Below, piece by piece: positions 30,044 to 40,547 of a stretch of DNA of 64,000 nt; positions within the stretch are counted from its first letter, which is position 1; every line of letters starts with the position of its first letter. The DNA is from a virus (taxonomy: Duplodnaviria > Caudoviricetes): IMG/VR virus record IMGVR_UViG_3300033741_000108, positions 38,531 to 102,530 of that record; one strand, given 5' to 3'. A program made the position numbers and the translations under genes. Under the pieces are notes generated by a model. The model was not told where the DNA came from and did not search any database. It saw nothing but the letters and a program-made list of their open reading frames with translations.

Positions 30044-31321
30044 ATGACTAAGATTACTGATGCAAAGCTAAAAAAGTTAAAAACTAACTATACTTATAGC
30101 AATATAAGGGAAGTTTGTGATGATATGCTAATTGATTATGATGAATTTAAACATGGAGGTAAGAGAAAAAAGTTACAAAGTAGATTAGAAGAGAATTTTG
30201 ATATAACTAAGATAAGTAGAAACAAATTAATGTTACAAATAAAGACTAGCCATAGAATTGATTTAGCTAAAAAGAAAAATAGTATTAAAGATGACTTCAA
30301 ATATAATAGCAACATATCTAAAATATTTCAAGCCTTACTTACTAATTATTTAATAAATCAAAAAGAGAAAACTGGTGAAAGAGTTCATTATTTAAGTATG
30401 GGTGAAATTGTAGATAAAATTGGTGTGGTTGGCAATAACCATAGTAAATATAATAAAGATAGAGATATTGATAAGATGAAAGATAAGGCAGCTAGCAAAT
30501 ATGATTTAGAGAATGTCATTTACACTCTGAATAAGTGGGATGAGAAACATTTCAAGGCTTATTATAAGCGACATTATAAAAATGGTTATAGCCTTTATAA
30601 GCGAGCTCTTGATAATTTAGAGAAGATTGGAGTCCTGCAATATTATAAAGGACATAGAATATCTTTTAATATTATTAAGGATGGTTTTATTAAAGATAGT
30701 AATCAGCATGTATTTGCACATAAGGAATTAAGAGATGCTGTATTCAATGGTCAGTGGCGTGCTTGGTTATATATGAAGGATAGATTTGATCTAAGGGCTA
30801 ATCCTAGCAAGAGTGATTTTAATGCAAATACTAGTGAGTTGTTTAGTAGATATAACAATAACTTTTTTAATTTAATTGAGTATTATGAAGATATAAAGAG
30901 TGAGCTGAAATTTAGTGATGATGATAAATTATTGAGATATGAGTATAGAACAATGAATGTGTTTAAGAGTAATGGTAATGATATGAGTTTTTATGATTTA
31001 TTTAAAAAATATAGTTGTTGGTTTATTGCTAGAGAGATGGAGAAGTATCGTTATAGTGGATATGATATTGAGGTTAAATATTATTATAATGCTTATGAGA
31101 TAGTTACTAAGGATTTAGCTATTGAGGAATATAGCAAAAATGTTATAAGTGAAATGGTAGAGAAATATGATGCTAAAAATGAACAGTATGGTTATATTAA
31201 GAAAGGATTTAAAGATAAGGATGATTTAGAGTTGTTAAAAGAATTGGCTTTCTTTATGATCCATGATGAAAGACCAGAGAATAGTGTTAAATTTAATGAA
31301 ATTGAGGGGTATAATGAATAA
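30044..31321 (+). CDS. hypothetical protein, putative DNA-binding; N-terminal domain shared with 31314 and 46563
   Basis: TYSNIREVC..I....GG.RK. Confidence 0.8.
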   Translation: MTKITDAKLKKLKTNYTYSNIREVCDDMLIDYDEFKHGGKRKKLQSRLEENFDITKISRNKLMLQIKTSHRIDLAKKKNSIKDDFKYNSNISKIFQALLTNYLINQKEKTGERVHYLSMGEIVDKIGVVGNNHSKYNKDRDIDKMKDKAASKYDLENVIYTLNKWDEKHFKAYYKRHYKNGYSLYKRALDNLEKIGVLQYYKGHRISFNIIKDGFIKDSNQHVFAHKELRDAVFNGQWRAWLYMKDRFDLRANPSKSDFNANTSELFSRYNNNFFNLIEYYEDIKSELKFSDDDKLLRYEYRTMNVFKSNGNDMSFYDLFKKYSCWFIAREMEKYRYSGYDIEVKYYYNAYEIVTKDLAIEEYSKNVISEMVEKYDAKNEQYGYIKKGFKDKDDLELLKELAFFMIHDERPENSVKFNEIEGYNE

Positions 31322-32429
31322 ATATATTATTGAACATGGTAATAAAACTTTAGATTTAAATAATATTGTTTTTAATAAAACATATAGAGATTTTAGAAGT
31401 ATTTGTAATATTTTTGGTTTACCATATAGTAAGTATAAAAAGGGTAGCTCCCGTTACATGTTGTTAAAAAAAATAAATCTACATTTAAACTATAATAAGG
31501 GTACTAATATATCATATGATTATACCTTTATTAGTTTTAAAAATAATAACCCACGTTTGGTGCAAGATGTTATATATAGTTTTAATAAATTGCTATATGG
31601 CAAAGAGGTTCTAGAATATGTATTAAAATATAGATATCCATTTAAAGAATTTGGATTTATAGATTTTATAGATTCTGAATATGTTTCACCAGATAGTTAT
31701 CTATCAATACAATATTATAAAGATAAAGCTGGTTGTAATAAGCTAAAAGATAGACTTTATTCTACAATAAATCGTGCAAATGAATATTTTGTTGAAAATG
31801 AAGTTGATAAAGAAATTATAAGATATGTAATTGAAAATATAAATATGAGTGTGAAGACACAATATGTGATAGTTGGATTAGAAGGTGTTGAGCATAAAAA
31901 GGTTGATACAAATAACTTACCTCAAAATATAATGATTGACTCTGATATTTATTCAATTAAAGATTATATTATGAGTAAGGATTATTCAATAAATAAATTC
32001 AAGAATAAAAACTCAAAATATGTTGATAAAAATATGTTAAAAGACAACTATGACAAGCACAAGAGTAAAAAAATGCATAATGATAGCAGTAATAATTCAA
32101 ATATCGTAAAAGACGCAATTAATTTACTATATAAGTACTGTAAGCACATACAATATAACTATCCACAAAATTATTATGTTTATAAATATACAAACAAGTT
32201 ATCTGGACTGGTGTATATAGGCATTACTAATAATTTATATATTAGACAAAAATCAAGAATAAATAATCCAGAAACACCATTCGATTATACACTTAGGGCT
32301 ATTGGATTGCATAACTTTGATTTTAGTGTGATTGATTATGCTAACACAAGTGAAAGAGTATTAGAATTAGAAAGGCATTATATAGACAAATATGACTCAT
32401 TAAAATGTGGGTATAATATGACTAGTTGA
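31314..32429 (+). CDS. protein with C-terminal GIY-YIG nuclease domain (start moved to 31314)
   Basis: YVYKYTNK..GLVYIGIT..R..ELERHYI..GYN. Confidence 0.8.
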   Translation: MNKYIIEHGNKTLDLNNIVFNKTYRDFRSICNIFGLPYSKYKKGSSRYMLLKKINLHLNYNKGTNISYDYTFISFKNNNPRLVQDVIYSFNKLLYGKEVLEYVLKYRYPFKEFGFIDFIDSEYVSPDSYLSIQYYKDKAGCNKLKDRLYSTINRANEYFVENEVDKEIIRYVIENINMSVKTQYVIVGLEGVEHKKVDTNNLPQNIMIDSDIYSIKDYIMSKDYSINKFKNKNSKYVDKNMLKDNYDKHKSKKMHNDSSNNSNIVKDAINLLYKYCKHIQYNYPQNYYVYKYTNKLSGLVYIGITNNLYIRQKSRINNPETPFDYTLRAIGLHNFDFSVIDYANTSERVLELERHYIDKYDSLKCGYNMTS

Positions 32430-32517
32430 GAAATGAATATTTAACCCTTGACACGCAGCAACCAATATGGTATAATGTACTATATAAGATAATAGTAGAA
32501 TAAAAGGAGAGTAGTAC

Positions 32518-32697
32518 ATGACAAAAATAAAAGCTAAACAAGATTTTTATATGGGTGGTGCTTTATTTATAGAAGGAGAAGAGTATGAAATAAATTTAAA
32601 ATCTATAAATAATGAAACGTGGATATATAAAAAAGAACAACCTTTTTGCTGGATATCAAAAAAATATGTAAATATATACTTTAATATAATTAATTAA
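32518..32697 (+). CDS. small hypothetical protein (59 aa), not in ORF track
   Basis: promoter TTGACA/TATAAT near 32448; RBS aaggag. Confidence 0.6.
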   Translation: MTKIKAKQDFYMGGALFIEGEEYEINLKSINNETWIYKKEQPFCWISKKYVNIYFNIIN

Positions 32698-32729
32698 TAA
32701 GATAATAGTAGATTAAAAGGAGAATAATA

Positions 32730-33203
32730 ATGGAAACAAATAATAATGATTTTATAGTAGTAACACAGGAAGATGTAAATGATAGCATATTAAACCAATT
32801 TGGTTTTAAGTTAGGTGATAAGGTATTAGTACTAGAACATTTTTCAAGAGCTGGTGAAATTACAAACATTAATGGTAAGATGTATATAATATTTAAATTA
32901 TACCAATATATAAAGCCAACTGGAACTATAAAAGAAAAAAGAGAACTAGACTGGTTAACTGATAAGAGATTCAAAGTACTACCTAGATATAAGCAAATTT
33001 GTCCAAAAGATATTCGTGATTATATAACATCTTGTACTGATGTTTTTATAAGAATAAATAATAAATATTACAAGATTAGAGAGAAATTAAACCAAGATCC
33101 ATCTGAGTCTTGGACAACAGTTGCTTTATATTTAGTAGAAGGATTCCTGTATAAAATTATCAACATGTCAAATATATTCGATTATGAATATTATATTAAA
33201 TAA
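32730..33203 (+). CDS. hypothetical protein
   Basis: RBS aaggag. Confidence 0.7.
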   Translation: METNNNDFIVVTQEDVNDSILNQFGFKLGDKVLVLEHFSRAGEITNINGKMYIIFKLYQYIKPTGTIKEKRELDWLTDKRFKVLPRYKQICPKDIRDYITSCTDVFIRINNKYYKIREKLNQDPSESWTTVALYLVEGFLYKIINMSNIFDYEYYIK

Positions 33204-33223
33204 ATAAAAAGGAGGGTGATTAA

Positions 33224-33478
33224 ATGTTTGATGCAATATTAGGTGGTTTATTCGCAGGGTGGATATTAAAACTATTCTCATTTGACAAGATATTAATAGG
33301 TGGAATTAATGAATTATTTGGAGCACAGTTAAGTATAAACTCATATTATTTATTATTTGTGGCAGCATCTGTAGCATATGAAATATATACTATTAAGGAT
33401 AAAATTAGATATGAATTTAGAGACGATGACGATTGTAAGGAACAGTTGAAAGATAATATTAAAAAGGAGGATGATTAA
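33224..33478 (+). CDS. small membrane protein
   Basis: RBS ggaggg; hydrophobic. Confidence 0.7.
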   Translation: MFDAILGGLFAGWILKLFSFDKILIGGINELFGAQLSINSYYLLFVAASVAYEIYTIKDKIRYEFRDDDDCKEQLKDNIKKEDD

Positions 33479-33480
33479 AT

Positions 33481-33816
33481 ATGAGTTTATTTACACAGAT
33501 GAAAATATTAATTTTCTTAGTAGCATTTTTACTACCAGTGATACCAGTATATTTATTTTTCCCAGATACCAATTTATGGGATAAGTGCGAAATAGAATTA
33601 GATATGACGTTAGCAATAGGAGGCGTAGTTTCAATAATTTTCTGGTGTTGTTTATTTATTATAATTATGATAGCTACAGTATTCCCATTATTAGCTTTAT
33701 TGATAATTGGTGGTATATTTGTAGTGATTAAGAAGAACTATAAAAAATGGATTAATGAGGGATTAGACAATTATGTTAGAGTTCATGGTAAAAAGGAGGA
33801 TTCAAATGAAAATTAA
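33481..33816 (+). CDS. membrane protein
   Basis: 2-3 TM helices. Confidence 0.7.
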   Translation: MSLFTQMKILIFLVAFLLPVIPVYLFFPDTNLWDKCEIELDMTLAIGGVVSIIFWCCLFIIIMIATVFPLLALLIIGGIFVVIKKNYKKWINEGLDNYVRVHGKKEDSNEN

Positions 33817-34282
33817 ACAAGAATTATTAGAAAGTGGATTTATAGTAAGAGTAAGAACAGAGGATGAAATGTTAGATGTGGTAAATTGTTTTAATATTAA
33901 CCCTAGTCCATATAATTTTGATAAATATGGTGATGAAACATGCTTAGACTGTTATGAACTGGATGTACTCTATGCTAGTGAAGAGTGGTATAGAGATAAC
34001 CACGCAGATGGTGATAAAATTTATAATTATGATGATATTTGGATTAAAGAATCAATTAAACCTAATGAACGAGCTATCAATGCCAAACAATCAATATTCT
34101 CATTAATACTTGACAAGCAATTATCATCTGGAAAAAGATTTGATAACTTTATTGATGATTTACCAGTTGATAATGAGATATTAGTTGATTTTATATTTGA
34201 AGATGGAATTTTATTATTACAAGAAGTATTTGATATATTAGGTTATTTAAATTGTGAGATCAATATTGAGGAGGTAAAGTAA
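33806..34282 (+). CDS. hypothetical protein (start moved to 33806)
   Basis: RBS aggagg. Confidence 0.7.
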   Translation: MKIKQELLESGFIVRVRTEDEMLDVVNCFNINPSPYNFDKYGDETCLDCYELDVLYASEEWYRDNHADGDKIYNYDDIWIKESIKPNERAINAKQSIFSLILDKQLSSGKRFDNFIDDLPVDNEILVDFIFEDGILLLQEVFDILGYLNCEINIEEVK

Positions 34283-34692
34283 TGAATGGTAAATTCAGAA
34301 TTTGGGATGGTTGTCATAAGGAATATATTGATGAGTATAATATAGAAGATTATTTTATTTCATCTGATGGACTTATAGGCAGAGTATTCGATTATGACTT
34401 TGTTATTTACACTGAGAACATGATGGATGAGTTAATAGAGAGTTATATTATTGAGCACTCTACAGGATTAAAAGATGGGTTTAATGATGAATGGTATGAG
34501 GGTGACTGGACTATATTTGATGATTTCTGTATAGGGATATTAGTTTATGATGATGAGATGAGTTGTTTTGGCTTTAACATACACGCAGGAGAAGATATTA
34601 ATAATTATGATGAGGATATACTTGAATTTGAACCATTATACTATTATTGTTTAGATGATATGGTTATTGAGGGGAATATACATGAGGATTAG
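34282..34692 (+). CDS. YopX-family protein
   Basis: KFRIWD...STGLKD...YEGD...VIEGNIHE. Confidence 0.85.
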   Translation: MNGKFRIWDGCHKEYIDEYNIEDYFISSDGLIGRVFDYDFVIYTENMMDELIESYIIEHSTGLKDGFNDEWYEGDWTIFDDFCIGILVYDDEMSCFGFNIHAGEDINNYDEDILEFEPLYYYCLDDMVIEGNIHED

Positions 34693-34760
34693 CAGGCTAA
34701 TATTATTTAGTCTGCTTTTTTATTGCATAAAAAAATAGATAGTTAATTTAAACTATCTAT
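34691..34760. terminator. back-to-back terminators where the + and - blocks converge
   Basis: agcaggctaa/ttagtctgct plus T-tract (+); atagatagtt/aactatctat preceded by A-tract (-). Confidence 0.75.
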
Positions 34761-34962
34761 CGCTGTTAACTTTGTATACTCCAACTACAGGAGTACAAAT
34801 AAATTCTATGCCATTATGTTTTAAATGCTCTGTTAAAGACTCAAAATCATCTCTATCAATTTCAAATATTCCAATATACAAATTACTATCAAGCCTAATT
34901 ATACTATAGTCACAAATCCAATGACTCATTAAATCATGTAAAATTTCTTCTAACTCACTCAT
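34753..34962 (-). CDS. hypothetical protein
   Basis: RBS on - strand. Confidence 0.65.
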   Translation of the reverse strand: MSELEEILHDLMSHWICDYSIIRLDSNLYIGIFEIDRDDFESLTEHLKHNGIEFICTPVVGVYKVNSDR

Positions 34963-34996
34963 ATTTTACACTCCTTCCTATTTGGTTTTACTAACT

Positions 34997-35116
34997 CTAA
35001 ATCTCCATTATCTTCTTACTAAAACAATAACTCTTACCAAACAAATCTAATTGCAGCCATGATTCAGCATATCTCTTACCATTTGATACATACTTTGTCA
35101 TATAGTGGTTTAACAT
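34997..35116 (-). CDS. small protein (39 aa, MLNHYMTKY...ESWLQL)
   Basis: RBS aggaggtg. Confidence 0.6.
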   Translation of the reverse strand: MLNHYMTKYVSNGKRYAESWLQLDLFGKSYCFSKKIMEI

Positions 35117-35139
35117 TTTATTTCACCTCCTTATTCAAC

Positions 35140-35433
35140 CTACATTGTCACATTATATAATCTGTTAATCATTTCTAACATATAAACATGACTCTTTTTA
35201 TATTCTATTTTCTTAGAAATTATTTCTCCATAGTGTATTATTGTTAGTATAAAAGTCAATTCATCTTCTTCTCTATCTAAATTTTCTGATAGGAATAAAA
35301 TAGGTTTGCATTTATCATTATAAAATTCTTGTTCAATTTCATAATTCATAATATCTATTAAAACATTCATTTTTTTATAGTAATCATCGTCAAAGAAATC
35401 TTCATCTAATTTTTCTTGTTTAATTTGAAACAT
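35140..35433 (-). CDS. hypothetical protein
   Basis: RBS aggaggt. Confidence 0.7.
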   Translation of the reverse strand: MFQIKQEKLDEDFFDDDYYKKMNVLIDIMNYEIEQEFYNDKCKPILFLSENLDREEDELTFILTIIHYGEIISKKIEYKKSHVYMLEMINRLYNVTM

Positions 35434-35453
35434 ATTGTACCTCCTATCTAATT

Positions 35454-35534
35454 CTAAAAAATATACCTTTGCAAAAGTATCCCTATAAGCATACCTATTA
35501 ATATTCCAAGTATCATTATCAATTCTACATTAAT
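35454..35534 (-). CDS. 26-aa single-TM peptide, probable ATT start
   Basis: RBS aggaggg 7 nt before ATT; fills the operon gap. Confidence 0.5.
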   Translation of the reverse strand: MNVELIMILGILIGMLIGILLQRYIF

Positions 35535-35549
35535 ATCGTTACCCTCCTT

Positions 35550-35873
35550 TTATTTATAATACTTCTCAATAAATCCACTTAACACTTCTTCATTCTTGTT
35601 TACATATAAATCATACTGTGGCAAAGATAAATAATATATTATTTCTGTTGAATATTTTAATTCTTCCAAGCCGTCTTCCAATAATTCTATTTCTTTCTCT
35701 AATTTTATATCTCCATCTCCGATAGTTTTCACACCTATCAATTCATTATCATACATGATGTACACAATATATTTATCAATATAATTGCTTAATAATCCAT
35801 AACCTTGTCTGTGAGTTATTTTGATGTATTCTTTTAAATTTTGTTTAACATCTAAAAATCTATCATTGTTCAT
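35550..35873 (-). CDS. hypothetical protein
   Basis: RBS ggaggt. Confidence 0.7.
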   Translation of the reverse strand: MNNDRFLDVKQNLKEYIKITHRQGYGLLSNYIDKYIVYIMYDNELIGVKTIGDGDIKLEKEIELLEDGLEELKYSTEIIYYLSLPQYDLYVNKNEEVLSGFIEKYYK

Positions 35874-35885
35874 ACTACCACCTCC

Positions 35886-36479
35886 CTAACATCCACCATT
35901 AATTGGTTTACTCTCAAAATACACATTCTGATAATAATTATAAGCATCTTCGTCTACTTCTAAAACTTGAATTTCAATATTATAATCACCACCAAATATA
36001 GTAAAACATAAATAACAATCCTCAAATGCACTATCCTCTTCTAGTGGTTCTGTATCATAATCAAAATAATGACTAGTATTAAGTATAAGATCATTATCTA
36101 TGTTATTATAAAAATCTGTTAGTGCTCTATCAATAAATCTATATTCAACAAGACTATCTTGAACACCATCACTCCACATTAAAATATTCTCTATTACATC
36201 TGAATATTTTGGTTTATTCTTTTTTATAGAATTAACTGTATCTATAAAATTATCTTTCCCAAATTTAAACATCTTATCATACACTTTGTAATTACCAAGC
36301 GACTCACCTGCACCTAATGTGCAACCTCTAATATTTATTACAAATACTTTATTATCTTCTTTTTCACTTTTAATAAAATTTCCATCATCATAAGCATATC
36401 CAGATTGATTTGCAGTGTGTATTAGAAATAATAGCTTATCATCTAATTCTTTTTTAGTTAATTTTTTATTCGTTTCCAT
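35886..36479 (-). CDS. hypothetical protein
   Basis: RBS aggag. Confidence 0.75.
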   Translation of the reverse strand: METNKKLTKKELDDKLLFLIHTANQSGYAYDDGNFIKSEKEDNKVFVINIRGCTLGAGESLGNYKVYDKMFKFGKDNFIDTVNSIKKNKPKYSDVIENILMWSDGVQDSLVEYRFIDRALTDFYNNIDNDLILNTSHYFDYDTEPLEEDSAFEDCYLCFTIFGGDYNIEIQVLEVDEDAYNYYQNVYFESKPINGGC

Positions 36480-36494
36480 TATTCATCACTCCTT

Positions 36495-37118
36495 TTATTT
36501 TTTCCATTGTATCAATAATTCTTCTTTACCATTATATTTTGTTCTAGTGGCATCTTTTTCATATACATCTCGTATTTCTAATTCAACCCCATCTAATAAT
36601 ATACAGACCCATGCATGCTCTTCTTTGTCAATATGATGAGATCGTGTTTTAAGCCCTATTTCATTCAATGCTTTGAGAATTGGAATAGCTTCTTTATTTG
36701 CCACAAAATCACCATCTCCAAAATTAACAATTTTATAATTTTCATTTAATTCATGGTGATGATTACAGTACTTATATTTACAAGTTGCAATATGTTTAGT
36801 ATCTTTTATATTAATCTCATTATATTCCTTTTCAATTCCTTCCCACTCTTTCTCAGTTATAACCTCACCAGTAATCTCATACTCTACATTATTAATATTT
36901 AACCCAGCTTTTAAACCATTTAAAAAATTCTCAACATTTATATGAGTGGTATCATCACTTTTTATTATACTACCATCACTCACATTCACTATTGCAAAAT
37001 TTTGATAATCTAAAAGATAAATATCATCAAACTCCATTTCTTCATTGTTGTTATTCATTTTTTTTAAATATTTTATATCATATTTGTCTGGAATGTAATA
37101 CTTTATAATTTTTAACAT
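36495..37118 (-). CDS. hypothetical protein; C-terminal domain resembles 40916-41218
   Basis: IPILKALNEIGLKTRSH. Confidence 0.75.
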   Translation of the reverse strand: MLKIIKYYIPDKYDIKYLKKMNNNNEEMEFDDIYLLDYQNFAIVNVSDGSIIKSDDTTHINVENFLNGLKAGLNINNVEYEITGEVITEKEWEGIEKEYNEINIKDTKHIATCKYKYCNHHHELNENYKIVNFGDGDFVANKEAIPILKALNEIGLKTRSHHIDKEEHAWVCILLDGVELEIRDVYEKDATRTKYNGKEELLIQWKK

Positions 37119-37128
37119 TTTTATCCTC

Positions 37129-37611
37129 CTAAGTTAATTTTAATGAGCATATCACATAACCTTCATTTTTTACTAATATTTCAACTAATTCTTCATCAGT
37201 TATATCCGATGGACAAACATAAATTTCATCTTTTAACCACTCTTTAGCTTGTGAACAAGTAATCAGCCTGTTATTCATTATTCCTCCCTCCTCCTTTGCT
37301 AGTTTTTCCATATTAATATCAGCAAATAGTTTATCTATTTTTTCGGCGTCAAATATATTTTCTGGTTCACCATAATGTGGAATCAAAGATAAAATTTGAA
37401 TTAATGCGTTATCTAACTTTTCTGACATCTCTCTCATTTCTTCACCTGTATAAGTTCTACCATCTTCGGATTTTTTAATAGATTCGTGTATTTGTTTATA
37501 TTCTTCTTTTTCTAATGCTTTAGCTAGTATATTTGTTCGCTTTTCTAATTTTTTTATTTTATTATTCATATCATCATATTCTTTTTTTGATAAAATTACC
37601 GAATTTTTCAT
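37129..37611 (-). CDS. hypothetical protein
   Basis: RBS aggagg. Confidence 0.7.
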   Translation of the reverse strand: MKNSVILSKKEYDDMNNKIKKLEKRTNILAKALEKEEYKQIHESIKKSEDGRTYTGEEMREMSEKLDNALIQILSLIPHYGEPENIFDAEKIDKLFADINMEKLAKEEGGIMNNRLITCSQAKEWLKDEIYVCPSDITDEELVEILVKNEGYVICSLKLT

Positions 37612-37625
37612 ATTATCCTCCTAAA

Positions 37626-37844
37626 TCAATCTTTTATATCTGATGTTTTATCACCGAGTATTTCTAATTGAGTGTCTACTAAAGAATTTATTTTATTGAA
37701 AATCCCAAAACAATCTTTTATACATAAAACACCTTCAATATTATATTCAACTGTGTATGGATTATTTTTAAAATTATCTATATATATTTTATCGCCAACT
37801 TCTAAATACAATTCTTTTAATAGTTGTTTACTTGTGAATTTCAT
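37626..37844 (-). CDS. hypothetical protein, paralog of 50-433
   Basis: MKFTSKQLL..VGDKIYI..NPYTV. Confidence 0.75.
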   Translation of the reverse strand: MKFTSKQLLKELYLEVGDKIYIDNFKNNPYTVEYNIEGVLCIKDCFGIFNKINSLVDTQLEILGDKTSDIKD

Positions 37845-37853
37845 TTTATCCTC

Positions 37854-38234
37854 CTAATTATTTTCAACATATTCAACTTCAATATGCTCTGGAATAGTAA
37901 TTTCTTTTCTAAATACTTGAACAACATTACAATAATCATAATTGTAATATGAGAAGTATGAACCACTCCTGCTAATATTTTGTGATAAAATTATTCCAGT
38001 TGGTGTATACTTATTTCTTTTTGCGTCATAAATTGATAATTCCGCTACATTTGTCTTATAAGAATATTTGCCATCATCAACCCATTCTGATTCAAAATCA
38101 TCAACTTCGTCAAATATATATACTTTATCATCAACCATTACACTAGCTTCTTCATCTGCAATGTTTTTATTATAATTATCATAGTCTAAATTATTAATTT
38201 TTTCTATAATCTTTTTAGTTAATTCTTTATTCAT
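37854..38234 (-). CDS. hypothetical phage protein
   Basis: WVDDGKY...RSGSYFSYY. Confidence 0.75.
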   Translation of the reverse strand: MNKELTKKIIEKINNLDYDNYNKNIADEEASVMVDDKVYIFDEVDDFESEWVDDGKYSYKTNVAELSIYDAKRNKYTPTGIILSQNISRSGSYFSYYNYDYCNVVQVFRKEITIPEHIEVEYVENN

Positions 38235-38249
38235 ACTATCCTCCTTTAA

Positions 38250-38528
38250 TTATATTTCATCTTCAAAGCTTTCAATAACTTTAATTACTCTATCAAGTAA
38301 TTTATTCGTGTATTCAGTTATAAAAGTATCCATATCTTCTTCTAATTCTTCGTCCAACCACGATAGTGTTATTTCATCTAAAAATGGGGCTTCTTGTAAT
38401 TCTTTCAAAATTAACATTTTTGTATCTTGAACAACATCTTCTATTAACAAATCTAAATCAATTCTTCCATAGTCTTCAAAATAATCTTTTATTTTTTTAG
38501 AATAATCCATAATATCTTTCTTACTCAT
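38250..38528 (-). CDS. acidic hypothetical protein
   Basis: RBS aggagg. Confidence 0.7.
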   Translation of the reverse strand: MSKKDIMDYSKKIKDYFEDYGRIDLDLLIEDVVQDTKMLILKELQEAPFLDEITLSWLDEELEEDMDTFITEYTNKLLDRVIKVIESFEDEI

Positions 38529-38538
38529 ACTCTCCTCC

Positions 38539-38796
38539 TTAAATATATTCCATCATCTCTCTAAACGCATTCCTGCTAACAGTTATCTCTCTAAAATCCA
38601 TAAAATCATCATCTGATTCTATTCTAATTCTGATCGTACCATCAGTTTTTAGTTCTGTAAAATACATTGATTGTTTTTCGTGTTCCCTACATGTGTGTAT
38701 TACACCATTTCTCATATTTTGCACCTTATTTTTTTCTCTTTTTTGTTTCCCATAATCAGTAGCAATTGCTCCTCTAAATGTATTATTTTCATACAT
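38539..38796 (-). CDS. hypothetical protein
   Basis: RBS gggagg. Confidence 0.7.
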   Translation of the reverse strand: MYENNTFRGAIATDYGKQKREKNKVQNMRNGVIHTCREHEKQSMYFTELKTDGTIRIRIESDDDFMDFREITVSRNAFREMMEYI

Positions 38797-38820
38797 TATT
38801 TACCCTCCCTTTTACTTATA

Positions 38821-39114
38821 TTAATCTAAAGCTCTAAATCCACCCACACTCGGAATTATTATCTTAGGCTTATATATTCCACTTCGCTTGTGCCAATTAC
38901 AACCAATATATTCTGTTTTTATATCATTACCCACTTTTTTATAACCATTTTCTTTTGCAAAATCATACTTTATTTTACTAAGCTCTATTTCCACAGCATC
39001 AGACCATTTATCTAATATCCTTCCACCTTCTAATGTGTTCGCATCTATGTGTTGCTCACATTCACACGAATTACATTCACAAACATCAACCCAACACCAT
39101 ACACAATCATTCAT
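38821..39114 (-). CDS. Cys-rich hypothetical protein
   Basis: CVWC..CEC..CEC. Confidence 0.65.
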   Translation of the reverse strand: MNDCVWCWVDVCECNSCECEQHIDANTLEGGRILDKWSDAVEIELSKIKYDFAKENGYKKVGNDIKTEYIGCNWHKRSGIYKPKIIIPSVGGFRALD

Positions 39115-39404
39115 TATTTACCTTCTTTCTCTACTTTTAATCTAACTATATCTACTGCATATCCACCACTTTTGACACAATGTACCATCGGGTGATTTTT
39201 ATTTAATATTTTAAATGGTTTAGTTTTGTCTAAAACAGCTAACCCAGATTTTGTTACTTTTTCTACATAAAATTCAAAATTGCCATCATTAACTTTTTTT
39301 CCTTTCAAATCAAATTTTAAGTTACCATATTTATCTGTTACAGATTCCATTATTATCTTCCTTCCAGTGCTGATAAAATTCAATACAAATGAATTTTTCT
39401 TCAT
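39114..39404 (-). CDS. hypothetical protein
   Basis: co-directional ORF; true start may be internal. Confidence 0.6.
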   Translation of the reverse strand: MKKNSFVLNFISTGRKIIMESVTDKYGNLKFDLKGKKVNDGNFEFYVEKVTKSGLAVLDKTKPFKILNKNHPMVHCVKSGGYAVDIVRLKVEKEGK

Positions 39405-39567
39405 GTTCTACGCTACCAATAGAAGAATAAACATTTGTAGCTTGTCCAACGTCTATTACTGCGTAATCTTCATTATCACTATCAAATACTATTTCATCTC
39501 CATATCCTTCTTTTTCTAACTTTATTAGTTTATTTTTTAGTTTACTTACAGTTAAATATTCAAACAT
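39331..39567 (-). CDS. hypothetical protein (start moved to MFEYL)
   Basis: RBS aagga; removes large overlap. Confidence 0.6.
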   Translation of the reverse strand: MFEYLTVSKLKNKLIKLEKEGYGDEIVFDSDNEDYAVIDVGQATNVYSSIGSVEHEEKFICIEFYQHWKEDNNGICNR

Positions 39568-39571
39568 AATA

Positions 39572-39841
39572 TCAAATCCTTTTCCATCTATCTCTATAAG
39601 GACAATATCCTTTTTCATTAGCTTCACCAATACTAACATTCAACTTGCAACCATCTGTTAATGAATGTCTACAATGTTTACAAACCTCTACTTCACCAAC
39701 CACAAAATATCTTAAGCCTTCTTCACTATACATATCACAAACCCAATTATTTGATTCGTCATAAATCTTACCTGTCATTAATTTTAAAACTTCACCCTTT
39801 TTTACTTTTTTATAGTCTTTTATACATTTGATATCAATCAT
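39572..39841 (-). CDS. hypothetical protein with C-terminal Cys cluster
   Basis: CKHC..C..C. Confidence 0.65.
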   Translation of the reverse strand: MIDIKCIKDYKKVKKGEVLKLMTGKIYDESNNWVCDMYSEEGLRYFVVGEVEVCKHCRHSLTDGCKLNVSIGEANEKGYCPYRDRWKRI

Positions 39842-39871
39842 ATTATCTCCTTTCTGTATATTATATCATAT

Positions 39872-40267
39872 TTAAATCTTCCTCATTTCAGAAGTATCTA
39901 CTTTAACTAAGTCATCCATCCAATCATCATTATCATCATTATCATTTAAATGGTATTGACAATATTTTATAAAATCTTCTGCAACTAATTTTTGTTTTAA
40001 CTCATCAATTGTATAATTTTTATTATCTTCTAAAACTCCAATTTTATAATCTTCAATTCTTATTTTCTTTGAACGAGTTTCATGTCTACTTGATATCCTG
40101 CCGATATTCCTCTCTGGTATTTTATAATATCCACGTTCTATTGCTAATTTACGACATTTTTCTTTGTCTTTTGCGAATATAACTTCACCAACTCTATAAA
40201 CTGATTTCTTATTCTTTAATATTAGTGTCTTGCCAATATATTCAGTAACTATATAAAATAATCTCAT
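39872..40267 (-). CDS. hypothetical protein
   Basis: RBS ggaggt. Confidence 0.7.
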   Translation of the reverse strand: MRLFYIVTEYIGKTLILKNKKSVYRVGEVIFAKDKEKCRKLAIERGYYKIPERNIGRISSRHETRSKKIRIEDYKIGVLEDNKNYTIDELKQKLVAEDFIKYCQYHLNDNDDNDDWMDDLVKVDTSEMRKI

Positions 40268-40297
40268 AATATATAACCTCCAATCTATTTTTAATTG

Positions 40298-40546
40298 TTA
40301 ATCCAACTTATAAAAACCAACTATCCTATATTTTATATCATTTTTATTTACATTAGTCATCTCTTTATATGCCTCAGTAACACTACTCTCACATATATTA
40401 TTTAAATTGTTATAGTCAAAATTTTTACATGTGAATGTTTTGCTACACCATCCTACTTTTTCATCACCTACTTTTTTATCATCTACATAAAAATCTAGTT
40501 CTATGTGATATCTCTTTTCTTTTTTAAACATATTAAATATACTCAT
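40298..40546 (-). CDS. hypothetical protein
   Basis: co-directional ORF. Confidence 0.65.
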   Translation of the reverse strand: MSIFNMFKKEKRYHIELDFYVDDKKVGDEKVGWCSKTFTCKNFDYNNLNNICESSVTEAYKEMTNVNKNDIKYRIVGFYKLD

Positions 40547-40547
40547 A

